64,000 nt of DNA from Candidatus Poribacteria bacterium (GCA_965242965.1 OZ251518.1:384001-448000), one strand, 5' to 3'. Shown: positions 8,354-18,277, numbered from the stretch's first letter. Notes: generated by a model not told the origin, from the letters alone. Made by a program: numbers and translations.

Positions 8354-10276
8354 CTACGGATAAAATTGATACATCGTCGTATTCAAGAGGACATTCAGTA
8401 AACTCCACATGCTGCCCATAAGATAATCGCCGAGGACGAGCCCGAGGAAAAAGGGAATCACGCGCCGATAACTTTGGATGCCGCCGTGGCGCAGAATCAA
8501 CCATTTTAAGAACAAGGCAATGACGAGCGGTATCCAGAGATCAGACATTTCTTGGTTGCTTGCCATGACGTAGCCGAGCGGATGCAATGGCAGCCAGAAG
8601 AATTTGACGCGCAGATAGGACAATGCCATCATCACCGTAAATCCGATGCCGATGAAAATAACGCCTATCCAGTCCGTGTCAAGTGGATAGGTTATCCAAT
8701 TCGTCAACCGCCCGAAATACTCGCGGCCGTAGCCGAGCGACCAGGGCCCGAAGTAGCCGGAATCCGAGCCGAATTGGTAATAGAGGTGCAGTTGCACCCA
8801 GAAGGCGACGAGGGCACCGAATACGGTTGCGATGAGAATTGTCCAGAGCATTCGCCGTTGCGATATGCGTGCGACTTCGGCAATTTTAAACGCTTCTAGT
8901 TGATGCGGCATCTGTTGCGGACGATAGTCTCGGTTGAAAAAGCACACCGAGAGTGCGGTGAGATTCCGTGCGCCGAGTCGGTGCGTGCCTAGCACGGTGT
9001 TTAAGATGTATCGCGGTGCTTGCCAGTGGTAAGCATGCACAAAAATGCCGGATTCTGCGCGGATGCGCGTCGTCACTATCGGCGTGATGAGGAACAGCAC
9101 GGCGAATACGAACGCCAGCCACACTGCCATCCCTGCCTTGTAAAGCAGAAACGCGAACAACAAGATACCGAGCACAAATCCCCAGACTGCCATCCGATAG
9201 GACATCGGTTCGTCGCGGGCTTGCGTTTGAGCCTCGCGTCCAAGAGAAGTCGCGCTTTTCAACACCGAGCGGAAGTGCCGTTTGCCTGTCCACGCGAAGA
9301 AAAAGCATAACCCGATGAACGCGCCGATAGTCTGCTCGTTGAGATAGGGGAAGTTCGGGATGCTGTGCCATCCTACCGCTCTTGCCAATGCGACTTCGTT
9401 CCGATAGAGGAAATAGAAAAAGGTGGTTGAGAACAGCACGTCTAACGGCATGAGGAACATGATGCCGATGGCGAACGGATAGAAGGCGGTGATAATCGTC
9501 CCATAGAGACTAAACGGCGGCTCGTGAAACGTGAAAAATCGGCGCGTGACAGGGATGTGCGGAATGACCGGGTAGAGATGACTTAATCCGTTAAAGAGAC
9601 TGATACCGGCGGCAATGCTAAACCCTATCCACATCCGTTTATTCCGAAAGAAGCGGGAAGTAGGGTTTGTCATCGCAAGCGGCAGTTGGATGATGGGGAA
9701 CGTGAGGCGTTCGCGTTCTGCCCACTGTCGGCGCAGGATAGTATTGAGGCAGAGAAAGATGAACGCCGTGACGAGGAATAGCAATATCCACGCTGCGACA
9801 ACAGGAACCCACACTCGCAGGTGTTGCGATAGATACAGGCTAGATTCGCCGAGGTAGTAACCGCGCAACGCGTCTCTATCTGAAACGGTGAGCCATTGCG
9901 GGAGGTGATGCCAAAATAGCGTCCGCCATTCGTTTTCTTCCGTGGCGAACCAAGTGCTGTGTCCAAGCACCGACAAGATGGCTTGCAAGACATCGCATCC
10001 GGCTAGAGTTGTGGCGAGGCTGAGCGTGACATAGAGGAATAGCAGTTCGCCTTGTCCGAATGCGAGACTGCTTTTCAGTAGGCGGATAACCCCGTTAATC
10101 AACATCACGGCGGTGAGGATGAAAATCACGTTGGAGAGCGGCACCACCCATGTCGGAAAGGTGTATCGCACCAATTCCATTTGAATGAGGAAATAGCAGT
10201 TGATAGGCGCGGTGATAGCGAAAAGTAGCACGACGCGCCAAGTGAGGGTTCTCTGTTGTGGGGATTTCAATTCCAT
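8354..10276 (-). CDS. Polytopic membrane protein, putative peptide transporter (DUF6785/DUF6784-like)
   Basis: Many TM segments; RRQW...ERLTFPIIQLP, RIRAESG and WLPLHPLGY motifs; start moved to MELKSPQ. Confidence 0.65.
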   Translation of the reverse strand: MELKSPQQRTLTWRVVLLFAITAPINCYFLIQMELVRYTFPTWVVPLSNVIFILTAVMLINGVIRLLKSSLAFGQGELLFLYVTLSLATTLAGCDVLQAILSVLGHSTWFATEENEWRTLFWHHLPQWLTVSDRDALRGYYLGESSLYLSQHLRVWVPVVAAWILLFLVTAFIFLCLNTILRRQWAERERLTFPIIQLPLAMTNPTSRFFRNKRMWIGFSIAAGISLFNGLSHLYPVIPHIPVTRRFFTFHEPPFSLYGTIITAFYPFAIGIMFLMPLDVLFSTTFFYFLYRNEVALARAVGWHSIPNFPYLNEQTIGAFIGLCFFFAWTGKRHFRSVLKSATSLGREAQTQARDEPMSYRMAVWGFVLGILLFAFLLYKAGMAVWLAFVFAVLFLITPIVTTRIRAESGIFVHAYHWQAPRYILNTVLGTHRLGARNLTALSVCFFNRDYRPQQMPHQLEAFKIAEVARISQRRMLWTILIATVFGALVAFWVQLHLYYQFGSDSGYFGPWSLGYGREYFGRLTNWITYPLDTDWIGVIFIGIGFTVMMALSYLRVKFFWLPLHPLGYVMASNQEMSDLWIPLVIALFLKWLILRHGGIQSYRRVIPFFLGLVLGDYLMGSMWSLLNVLLNTTMYQFYP

Positions 10277-10344
10277 CTGTCGCTCGATTTTCGTTGGAGT
10301 GGTTTTCTGAAAACGCAATGTTTTTGATGATAACAGAATTCCAT

Positions 10345-10373
10345 TTGCAATGCAAGTGAAAATGTGGTATGCT
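10345..10373 (+). promoter_or_regulatory. Candidate sigma70 promoter
   Basis: TTGCAA-17 nt-TATGCT with a TG extension. Confidence 0.45.
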
Positions 10374-10456
10374 ATAAATATGAACAGCAATTTTCGGAAT
10401 GGTATCAGCGAACTCGCGCGGGCGAGTCGGCATCGTTTAACGGAGGATTTATTGAT

Positions 10457-10714
10457 GAGGGTGTTTCATAAATACCGAAAGGCATCGAACCCGCCTCTGT
10501 AGTTCGGGAGCGCCCGCTCCCGAACGGGTCAGGATCAGGCGATCCTGACCTACAGGAGGGATGCGGTCTGATAGCCAAACGCATGGCGAGGGCCTGTCCC
10601 TCGTCCTACGTGAAGGGGCGGCGTTTTTTTCATCGTAGCGCGGGGGGCTCGGATGCCACACGCGCCTCCAATCGGGTTTCCCCCGCGACATTGAACGACT
10701 TATGAAACACCCTT
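10457..10714. mobile_element. TIR-bounded REP-mosaic element, copy 2 (258 bp)
   Basis: GAGGGTGTTTCATAA / TTATGAAACACCCTT; GATTTATT present on both flanks. Confidence 0.85.
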
Positions 10715-10722
10715 GATTTATT

Positions 10723-10986
10723 ATGGATTCTGAAACGGTTAAGCGTCGCATCTACGAGACGCTCAAAGCGGGATATTTCAACGATGATGACGATTACGTT
10801 GATGTCTCCAACGGTTCTGGCGATGATATCGAAATTGTCGTCGTCAGCCGAAAATTTGAAGGCCACAATCGATGGAGGCGGGTAGATATTATCCTTGATG
10901 AACTCGTCAAGCACCTGTCGCCGGCGGAATGGGGACATGTGTTCTTCTCTATCGGCGTGCTTCCGGAAGAGGTCCGCTTTTTGTAG
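10723..10986 (+). CDS. Small BolA-like protein
   Basis: 87 aa; IVVVSRKFEG...RR..I..L resembles the BolA/IbaG signature. Confidence 0.5.
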   Translation: MDSETVKRRIYETLKAGYFNDDDDYVDVSNGSGDDIEIVVVSRKFEGHNRWRRVDIILDELVKHLSPAEWGHVFFSIGVLPEEVRFL

Positions 10987-11034
10987 TGGATACGGCGGAT
11001 AATCGAGCCCGGGAGGGCGCGACGAAAGGACAAA

Positions 11035-12738
11035 ATGCACGGCTCAATGATGAACTATCCATTGAATATCGCGCGGATTTTGGAACATGCACGCCGCATC
11101 CACGGCGATAAACGGGTGACGACATACAGTTCCGATGTTCTGCAGAGTTACACTTACGCTGAGTTTTATCGCCGCGTTCAACGGCTGGCGAACGTCCTCA
11201 TCCGGCGCGGTATACGGCCGGGGGATAGGGTGGCGACCTATGCCTTGAATACATATCAGCACTTGGAGCTCTATTATGCGATTCCGTGCATCGGCGCGGT
11301 GCTTCACCCGCTCAACGTCCGCCTCACTGCCGCCCAACTCGCCGAAATCGTGCGAGAGGCAGAGGATAAACTTGTCTTTGTCGATGACAGGTTTGCCTCG
11401 CAGTTTGAAGAACTGCAGGAAGAAATCGGATGCCTACCGAGAATCTTTTGCTCCTCTGAGTCGGACGATTATGAGCCACTTATCGCCGCCGCAGAAGAAA
11501 CGGAAACGTGGGATATTCAGGACGAAAACTGGGCGATGGGACTTTGCTATACGAGTGGAACGAGTGGTGAACCACGCGGTGTCCTCTACACGCACCGCTC
11601 CATGTTCCTTCACACGATGGCGGTGAATCAGGCAGATGTGTTCGGCTTAACGGAGGCGGATGTCGTGCTCCCGCTCGTGCCGATGTTTCACGCGATGGCG
11701 TGGGGATTGCCGTATGCTTCGCTGTTTGTAGGCGCGGATTTGGTGCTACCCGGCGATGCTAAACCTGCGCAGATTGCTGCACTCATCGCTGAAACGGGGG
11801 TAACCGTCGCCGCTGGTGTTCCCACGGTCTGGGGAAAAGTGTATCCCGAATTACAGAAGCGCGCGCGAGATATTGCTTCACTGCGGCTCATCATCGTCGG
11901 TGGGGAAGCGATGCCGATGACGCTCATCAAGGCTTATGAAAAGGAGCTCGGTGTTGAGGTGCGCCACGCCTGGGGGATGACGGAGATGTCGCCGACCGGC
12001 ACGTTATCGACACTCCGCCGCGCACATCAGAACCTGTCTGATACTGAAAAATGGCAGGTGAAGGCACTGCAAGGCAGCCCGGTGCCGGGGGTTGAGATTC
12101 GGCTGGTAGAAGAGAAACGGAGTTCGGATGAACTTACGGGAATGCATCGAGACCGGGAGGTCTCGCCTACTGGGCTGGAGCATTATGATGACGACGCACA
12201 GATCAAAATGCATCGAGACCAGGAGGTCTCGCCTACGGTAGAAGAGAAATGTAGTTCGGATGCACTGCCTTGGGACGGAGAAACGGTAGGCGAGCTGCAG
12301 GTGAGGAGTCCTTGGACAGCGAATAGTTATTACAAAACGGAGCCGATGCCAGAACATTTCACGGCGGACGGATGGTTGCGCACCGGCGATATCGCGACTA
12401 TCAACCCGGAAGGCTATGTGCAGATTGTGGATAGGGCGAAGGCACTCATTCGGAGCGGCGGCGAGTCTATCTCAAGCATCGCATTGGAGACGGCGTTGAT
12501 GGCGCACCCACAGGTGCTTGATGCCGCTGTCATCGGTATCCCTGACGAGCAGTGGGGTGAACGTCCGGTCGCCGTTGTCGTCTGTGAATCTGCGACGGCT
12601 GCGCAACTCAAGGTATGCCTCGCAACCCAATTCCCGAAGTTTTGGATACCAGACCGGTTTATCTTTGTTGATGAGCTCCCGAAAACCAGCGTTGGAAAAT
12701 CTGATAAGCGAGAGATTCGGAGACGAGTTTTATCCTAA
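11035..12738 (+). CDS. Long/medium-chain acyl-CoA ligase (AMP-binding) with in-frame repeat insertion
   Basis: YTSGTSGEPRG, AWGMTE, TGD, DRAK, PKTSVGK motifs; 44-codon insert near 12105-12236. Confidence 0.9.
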   Translation: MHGSMMNYPLNIARILEHARRIHGDKRVTTYSSDVLQSYTYAEFYRRVQRLANVLIRRGIRPGDRVATYALNTYQHLELYYAIPCIGAVLHPLNVRLTAAQLAEIVREAEDKLVFVDDRFASQFEELQEEIGCLPRIFCSSESDDYEPLIAAAEETETWDIQDENWAMGLCYTSGTSGEPRGVLYTHRSMFLHTMAVNQADVFGLTEADVVLPLVPMFHAMAWGLPYASLFVGADLVLPGDAKPAQIAALIAETGVTVAAGVPTVWGKVYPELQKRARDIASLRLIIVGGEAMPMTLIKAYEKELGVEVRHAWGMTEMSPTGTLSTLRRAHQNLSDTEKWQVKALQGSPVPGVEIRLVEEKRSSDELTGMHRDREVSPTGLEHYDDDAQIKMHRDQEVSPTVEEKCSSDALPWDGETVGELQVRSPWTANSYYKTEPMPEHFTADGWLRTGDIATINPEGYVQIVDRAKALIRSGGESISSIALETALMAHPQVLDAAVIGIPDEQWGERPVAVVVCESATAAQLKVCLATQFPKFWIPDRFIFVDELPKTSVGKSDKREIRRRVLS

Positions 12739-12764
12739 CCAGAAAGCAAACGGAGGAACCGCTC

Positions 12765-13799
12765 ATGAAAATGAAAGCCGCTATTTACACGGGCATTGAG
12801 CAGATTGCGATTCGGGAGGTGGAACGGAACGAACCCCCACCCGGCTATGTGCTTGTGGATACCAAGCAGACCGGGATTTGTGGCAGTGACTTGCACAGTT
12901 ATTTCGGGCATTGGGGGCAATCGCATGAACACGCCGCTGGCCACGAAACTTGTGGCACAGTCGTCGCACTCGGCGATGACGTTACCGATTTTGAAATCGG
13001 GGACAAGGTCGCGGTGGAATGTTTCTCGCACTGCAGCGCGTGCAAGTATTGCGAGACCGGGCAGTATAACCTCTGCCGGCATCGCGCTTGGATCTCGCCG
13101 AAGATGCACGGTGGTTTCGCCGAATACACGGCAACGCACCACTCTGGGCTGTTTCAACTGCCGGCGACGATGACGTTTGAGGAGGGCGCGCTCGTTGAGC
13201 CGCTTGCTGTATCGCACCGGGCTGTCGCGCGCACCGGTGCGAATTCCCGTGATAGCATCGCCATTATCGGCGGCGGCACCATCGGACAATTCTGTTTGGC
13301 GGATGCCGTTGCCGCGGGGATAAAGGAGACGTTGATTACCGTCAAATATGAACAGCAGGCGGAATTGGCGAGGGCTCTTGGGGCAAACCACGTCGTGAAC
13401 ATCGGTGACACCGATGTGCGCGAGTATGTGAAGGACATCACGGATGGCATCGGTTTTGACGCGGTGGTAGAGACGGTGGGCGGCGCGGAGAATTTCAATA
13501 TCGCTACCACTATCGTGCGGAAACAGGGGGCTGTCGTCCTTGTCGCGGGGTATTACAAACCGCTTGAGGTGAACCTTTCCACTATCGTCTGGTCGGAGGC
13601 GTTTATCACCGGCTCGAACTGTTATGGCTATAGTGGGATGGAAACCGATTTTGAGGCGGCAATCGAACTTATCGCCTCTGGGAAGGTGGATGCGACGAAG
13701 TTGGTAACGCATCGCTATCCGTTTGATGAGATTGAGGAGGCGTTCCGCGTCTCTGCCGATAAAACCTCTGGCGCGATTAAGGTGCATGTGTGTCAGTAG
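12765..13799 (+). CDS. Zn-dependent alcohol dehydrogenase (threonine/sorbitol dehydrogenase-like)
   Basis: GICGSD, GHE, CxxCxxC(7)C and GGGTIG motifs. Confidence 0.9.
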   Translation: MKMKAAIYTGIEQIAIREVERNEPPPGYVLVDTKQTGICGSDLHSYFGHWGQSHEHAAGHETCGTVVALGDDVTDFEIGDKVAVECFSHCSACKYCETGQYNLCRHRAWISPKMHGGFAEYTATHHSGLFQLPATMTFEEGALVEPLAVSHRAVARTGANSRDSIAIIGGGTIGQFCLADAVAAGIKETLITVKYEQQAELARALGANHVVNIGDTDVREYVKDITDGIGFDAVVETVGGAENFNIATTIVRKQGAVVLVAGYYKPLEVNLSTIVWSEAFITGSNCYGYSGMETDFEAAIELIASGKVDATKLVTHRYPFDEIEEAFRVSADKTSGAIKVHVCQ

Positions 13800-13812
13800 A
13801 AACGTCATGGTT

Positions 13813-14230
13813 CGTAGGGTGAGGGGGGCGTTTTGTTTCGTAGCGCGGGGGCCCTCGGATGCCATACGCGCATGCGAGCGGGTTTCCCCCGCGATCCCCA
13901 TCGTCATGATGTGTGTTCCCCCTTCTGTAGTTTGTGATCGCCTGATCACAAACAGGTCAGGATCAGGCGATCCTGACCTACAGAGGGGAGGAGGTCTGCT
14001 GGCCAAACGCATGGCGAGGGACAGGCCCTCGCCCTACGATGAAGGGGGACCTTCTGCCGCCGCGGCCCCGGTAGGCGCGCCGCCCTATTGCATCGAGACC
14101 GGGAGGTCTCTCCTACAAGAAGGAATCGGGCTCACTCTGTAGTTCGGGAGCGCCCGCTCCCGAACAGGTTAGGATCAGGCGATCCTGACCTACAGAGGTG
14201 ATGACGTTGAGCAATTTATGAAACACCCTG
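13813..14230. repeat. REP mosaic with right TIR only
   Basis: Ends TTATGAAACACCCTG at 14216-14230; several GTAG hairpins and doublets. Confidence 0.8.
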
Positions 14231-14275
14231 GACTAAGTCAAAAACTGAAACGTGCCTCCCCATGCCGCGTCAAAT

Positions 14276-14304
14276 TTGACACTGAATTATGCTGATGCTA
14301 TACT
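14276..14304 (+). promoter_or_regulatory. Sigma70 promoter of the DUF433 gene
   Basis: TTGACA-17 nt-TATACT followed by an AGGAGG RBS. Confidence 0.65.
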
Positions 14305-14329
14305 ATAAACGCGCAGGAGGAAGCAACAG

Positions 14330-14572
14330 ATGAAATTTAGTGAACGGACAAAGGGAGGCGCGTTCAGTGTCGGCGAACTCATTACATGTGATGTCGAAAT
14401 TATGAGCGGCACACCGGTGTTCAAAAACACGCGTGTCCCTATAAAAAACTTAATCGATTATTTGGGGACAGGGGAGAGCCTTGACGAGTTTTTGGAGGAT
14501 TTTCCTTCTGTCACCCGTGAACAAGCTATCCAAACTTTGGAGTTAGCGAAGACTTTTTCCATTGATTTCTAG
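14330..14572 (+). CDS. DUF433-domain protein (antitoxin-like)
   Basis: IMSGTPVFKNTRVPI..L.DYL..GESLDEFLEDFPSV signature. Confidence 0.85.
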   Translation: MKFSERTKGGAFSVGELITCDVEIMSGTPVFKNTRVPIKNLIDYLGTGESLDEFLEDFPSVTREQAIQTLELAKTFSIDF

Positions 14573-14598
14573 TTATTCGTAATGAGGAGAATACGCTT

Positions 14599-15321
14599 AT
14601 GCCACAGAAGAACCATCAACTCAGTGCGGTGGAGATGGAGCAGTTCAGGAAACAGGGATACCTCGGTCCTTACACCCTCTGCAGTCCTGACGAGATGCGA
14701 GGTATGCAACCCGAAATTGTGAAGGTGCTGGAAACGGACGCGCCAGATCACAGCGCGCGGGAACATAATCGCCATCTCGACTGCGCACTGATTCACGAAC
14801 TCGCCACGCATCCCGCTATTGTCAAACGGATGGCGGCACTCTACGGGCCAGATCTCCTGCTCTGGCGCACCAACTTCTTTGTCAAGGAACCGGGCGCGAA
14901 GGAGATTCCGTGGCACCAAGACTTTAACTATTGGCCCCTTGAGCCGCCTATTATCATCTCGGCGTGGATTGCCGTTGATGCGGCGACGCTGGAAAATAGT
15001 TGCCTCCAGATTATTCCCGGTTCACACCGCAAGGTGGTGCCGCACGTGAAGGCGACATCCGACATGGCATTCGGCCAGATGGGCGACTTGGGGTTTATTG
15101 ATACGGACAGTTGCGTCAATCTGGAGATGCAACCCGGCGAGTTCGTGCTTTTCAACGAGCGGACGCTGCATCATTCCGATGCGAATCGTTCCGATAAACG
15201 GCGCATCGGCTTGGCGGTGCGCGTCATTGTCCCGATTGTCAAAGTGCTGGATTGGGACGCGCCGAAGCACGAACTGATTGTTATCCACGGCGAAGATCCG
15301 GTTCAATTCAATGTCCGATAA
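14599..15321 (+). CDS. PhyH-family Fe(II)/2-oxoglutarate dioxygenase
   Basis: WHQD, WIAVD, IPGSH, LHHS..N.S..RR motifs. Confidence 0.9.
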   Translation: MPQKNHQLSAVEMEQFRKQGYLGPYTLCSPDEMRGMQPEIVKVLETDAPDHSAREHNRHLDCALIHELATHPAIVKRMAALYGPDLLLWRTNFFVKEPGAKEIPWHQDFNYWPLEPPIIISAWIAVDAATLENSCLQIIPGSHRKVVPHVKATSDMAFGQMGDLGFIDTDSCVNLEMQPGEFVLFNERTLHHSDANRSDKRRIGLAVRVIVPIVKVLDWDAPKHELIVIHGEDPVQFNVR

Positions 15322-15362
15322 GCGCGATGTCCCATCGTGCAAACTTTCATAAGGAGAGAAAT

Positions 15363-16373
15363 ATGAATCGTCAAATTACCTTAGCCGCACGTCCTGTCGG
15401 CTATCCGAAAACATCTGATTTCAACTTGGTAGAAACCGCGATGCCTACCCCCGGCGAGGGACAGGTATTAGTGAAAAGCCTCTACCTCTCCGTCGATCCT
15501 TATATGCGTGGACGGATTAACCAAGCGAAGTCTTACGCCGCCAATGTCCAAATCGGCGAGGTTATGGTAGGTGGTGTTATCGCCGAGGTCGCGGCATCGA
15601 AGCATGCCGATTTTGAGGTTGGCGATATTGTGAACGCGCACATCGGCTGGCAAGAATACGGTGTCGCGGGAGGCGATGAACTCCGGAAGATCGACCCGGG
15701 CCTCGCGCCTATCTCCACCGGTGCCGGCATCCTCGGTATGCCGGGGTTGACAGCCTACTTCGGTTTGCTGGAAGTCGGCAAGTTGCAAGAAGGCGAGACG
15801 GTGTTCGTCTCTGGCGCGGCAGGCGCAGTCGGATCTGTCGTCGGACAGATTGCGAAGATTAAAGGCTGCCGCGTCATCGGCACCGCGGGGACAGATGAGA
15901 AGGTGGCATATATCCTTGACGAACTCGGTTTTGATGCCGCTTTCAACTACAAAAACGTCGGCGATTACACTGCGAAACTGGCGGAACTTTGTCCCGATGG
16001 CATTGATGTCTATTTTGACAACGTCGGTGGCCGCATTACAGATGCAGTCTTCCCGAATCTGCGTATCAAGGGCCGCGTGGTGATCTGCGGACAGATTTCG
16101 CAGTATAATTTGGAGAATCCGGAGGTGGGTCCGCGTTTCCTGTGGAATCTTATCACGAAGCGTGCGCGGATTGAAGGCTTCCTCGTCTTTGAATTCGCCG
16201 AGCAGCATGCCGAGGCACTCGTCCAGATGGGTGAATGGGTGCAGCAAGGCAAACTGAAATACCGCGAGACGATTGCGGAAGGCGGGATTGCGGCGGCACC
16301 GGCGGCGTTTATTAGCATGCTGAAGGGCGGCAATATCGGCAAACAGTTGGTGAAAATCGCCGAACCGAGTTAA
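15363..16373 (+). CDS. NADP-dependent oxidoreductase (CurA/prostaglandin reductase-like)
   Basis: LSVDPYMRG, GMPGLTAYFGL, SGAAGAVG, YFDNVGG, GNIGK; AGGAG RBS before ATG 15363. Confidence 0.9.
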   Translation: MNRQITLAARPVGYPKTSDFNLVETAMPTPGEGQVLVKSLYLSVDPYMRGRINQAKSYAANVQIGEVMVGGVIAEVAASKHADFEVGDIVNAHIGWQEYGVAGGDELRKIDPGLAPISTGAGILGMPGLTAYFGLLEVGKLQEGETVFVSGAAGAVGSVVGQIAKIKGCRVIGTAGTDEKVAYILDELGFDAAFNYKNVGDYTAKLAELCPDGIDVYFDNVGGRITDAVFPNLRIKGRVVICGQISQYNLENPEVGPRFLWNLITKRARIEGFLVFEFAEQHAEALVQMGEWVQQGKLKYRETIAEGGIAAAPAAFISMLKGGNIGKQLVKIAEPS

Positions 16374-16387
16374 CATCGCGCGTTAAT

Positions 16388-17248
16388 TCCGTAGGGCGAG
16401 GGCCTGTCCGAGTTAAATCGCGTCTTAGTCCGTAGGGCGAGGGCCTGTCCCTCGCCAGGCCGGGGGATATGAATACGTGCCTTAGTCCGTAGGGCGAGGG
16501 CCTGTCCCTCGCCATGCCGGAATATGAATGTTCCTCGCCGTGCGGGAGCGTTAAGCGGCGGTTTTCATGATGCGAGAGATCGCGAGGGACAGGCCCTCGC
16601 GCTACGGGAACATCGAGCCGTTGGTGGAACGCGAGGGACAGGCCCTCGCGCTACGGGCCGGGAGGCGGTTATTTGAGGGTGTTTCATATTTCGATGCGTT
16701 CGGTAGGAGAGACCTCCCGGTCTCGATTTCTTCCGGTAGGAGAGACCTCCTGGTCTCAATGTTCCCTCTTTAGGTCCTTTAGGTCCTTAATGTCTATAGA
16801 AATACGTGTCATTACGTTGTCAAGGTCCTTTAGGTCCTTAATAGAGAAACAACGCAGCGTGTCAAAATTTATTAAGGACCTAAAGGACCTTAAATCTTTT
16901 CGTATCGCGGCTGCTATAGACATGCAGGACCTAAAGGACCTGAAGAGGCGTTATTTTCATCGTAGCGCGAGGGCCTGTCCCTCGAGATCTGTCCCGGTAG
17001 GAGAGACCTCCTGGTCTCGATGTTCTTCTGTAGTTTGTGATCGCCTGATCACAAACAGGTCAGGATCAGGCGATCTTGACTTACAGGGCCTGACGCGAGA
17101 GCGATCGCGAGGGACAGGCCCTCGCCCTACGGTAACATCGGGCTGTTTGCAGATCGCGAGGGACAGGCCCTCGCGCTACGGTGAAAGCGCGCCGTTGGTG
17201 GAACGCGAGGGACAGGCCCTCGCGCTACGGGCCGGGAGGAGGTTGTTT
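16388..17248. repeat. Large REP mosaic between convergent genes, with one left TIR and a 98-bp direct repeat
   Basis: TIR at 16675; direct repeats 16577-16674 and 17151-17248; AGGTCCT inverted array 16766-16947. Confidence 0.8.
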
Positions 17249-17252
17249 CGTA

Positions 17253-18197
17253 TCAATACCCCTTCTCCTTATCAATAACGCTGAGCAGGGGTTTGCCGAC
17301 TAGGAGGCGTTCTAGATTATCGCAGAAAAGCCCCACCGTCCGGTCCAGCCGAATTGGAGAGCCACCGGCGACATGCGGCGTGATAATCACGTTCGGCATA
17401 TCCCACAGCGGGCTATCCATTGACAGCGGTTCTTCTGGCGTGACATCTAACCCCGCGCCGCCGATGCTCCCGTTATTAAGCGCGCGGAGAAGTGATGGAC
17501 CGTCGACAATCTTGCCTCGCGTGACGTTAACGAGCAGTGCATGCGATTGCATCGCTTGGAACGCCGCGTCGTCAAACATCCCGTGTGTTTCTGGTGTCAA
17601 CGGCGCGCAAATGGCGACGACATCCGATTGCGCGAGCAGTTCATGGAACCGCTCCATCTGCCACACTTCATGGACGAAGGAAGGGGCATCGACTGTTTCC
17701 GGATCTACGGCGATGACGCGCATATCAAACCCTTGTGCGCGGCGTGCCACGTCAATCCCTGTGCCGCCGAGTCCGACGATGCCGAGGGTGCGTTCGCTCA
17801 GTTCCCATGTTGCGAGTCTGATGGACATGCGGTTGTCCCATGTCCGTTCGCGCACGGAACGTCCGATGCCGCGGAGTAAGCCGAGGATGAGTGCCCACGC
17901 CTGGTCTGCCAGATGCGGTCCGACGAACCCTTTCGCGCTTGTTAAGATGACATGGCTCTGGACAAATTCGGGAAACAGGAGTCCGTCAACGCCTGCGGAA
18001 AGCACTTGCACCCACTTAAGTTGCTCGGCATTCTCAAACAGTGTGCGGTTGAAGCCGCCGAAGACTACCTCGGTATCGCCGATTTCGCGAAGTGCCGCTG
18101 CAGCATTCTCTGCCTCAATGACATGCAATTGTTCGGATACCGCCTCTATCTGCTGTCGGTGTTCCGAGGTTATCTCGGTGTTAATCAAAATCTTCAT
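17253..18197 (-). CDS. D-isomer-specific 2-hydroxyacid dehydrogenase
   Basis: GIVGLGGTG, NVTRG, LDV..EPL, ITPHVAG motifs. Confidence 0.9.
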   Translation of the reverse strand: MKILINTEITSEHRQQIEAVSEQLHVIEAENAAAALREIGDTEVVFGGFNRTLFENAEQLKWVQVLSAGVDGLLFPEFVQSHVILTSAKGFVGPHLADQAWALILGLLRGIGRSVRERTWDNRMSIRLATWELSERTLGIVGLGGTGIDVARRAQGFDMRVIAVDPETVDAPSFVHEVWQMERFHELLAQSDVVAICAPLTPETHGMFDDAAFQAMQSHALLVNVTRGKIVDGPSLLRALNNGSIGGAGLDVTPEEPLSMDSPLWDMPNVIITPHVAGGSPIRLDRTVGLFCDNLERLLVGKPLLSVIDKEKGY

Positions 18198-18277
18198 TTG
18201 AATTTTCCTCTGTTTGGTGGTATACTATCTAAAATTCAATGGACAACACGTTTTATCGGATGGACCCGAATCGAAAT

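Noticed and set aside
12735-14012. Long antisense ORFs (also 15468-16376, 17293-18201, 33946-35028, 36514-37371)
   Set aside because: They are shadow frames opposite well-supported genes, as expected in GC-rich DNA.
7807-14230. Composite transposon formed by the lone left TIR at 7807 and the lone right TIR at 14230
   Set aside because: The outer flanks (GAATTTAAAT versus GACTAAGTCA) show no duplication and there is no transposase inside.
14246-14271. Third ECF-type promoter (TGAAAC-N-CGTC)
   Set aside because: It lacks the extended flanks shared by the two accepted sites, and a near-consensus sigma70 promoter immediately downstream explains the locus.
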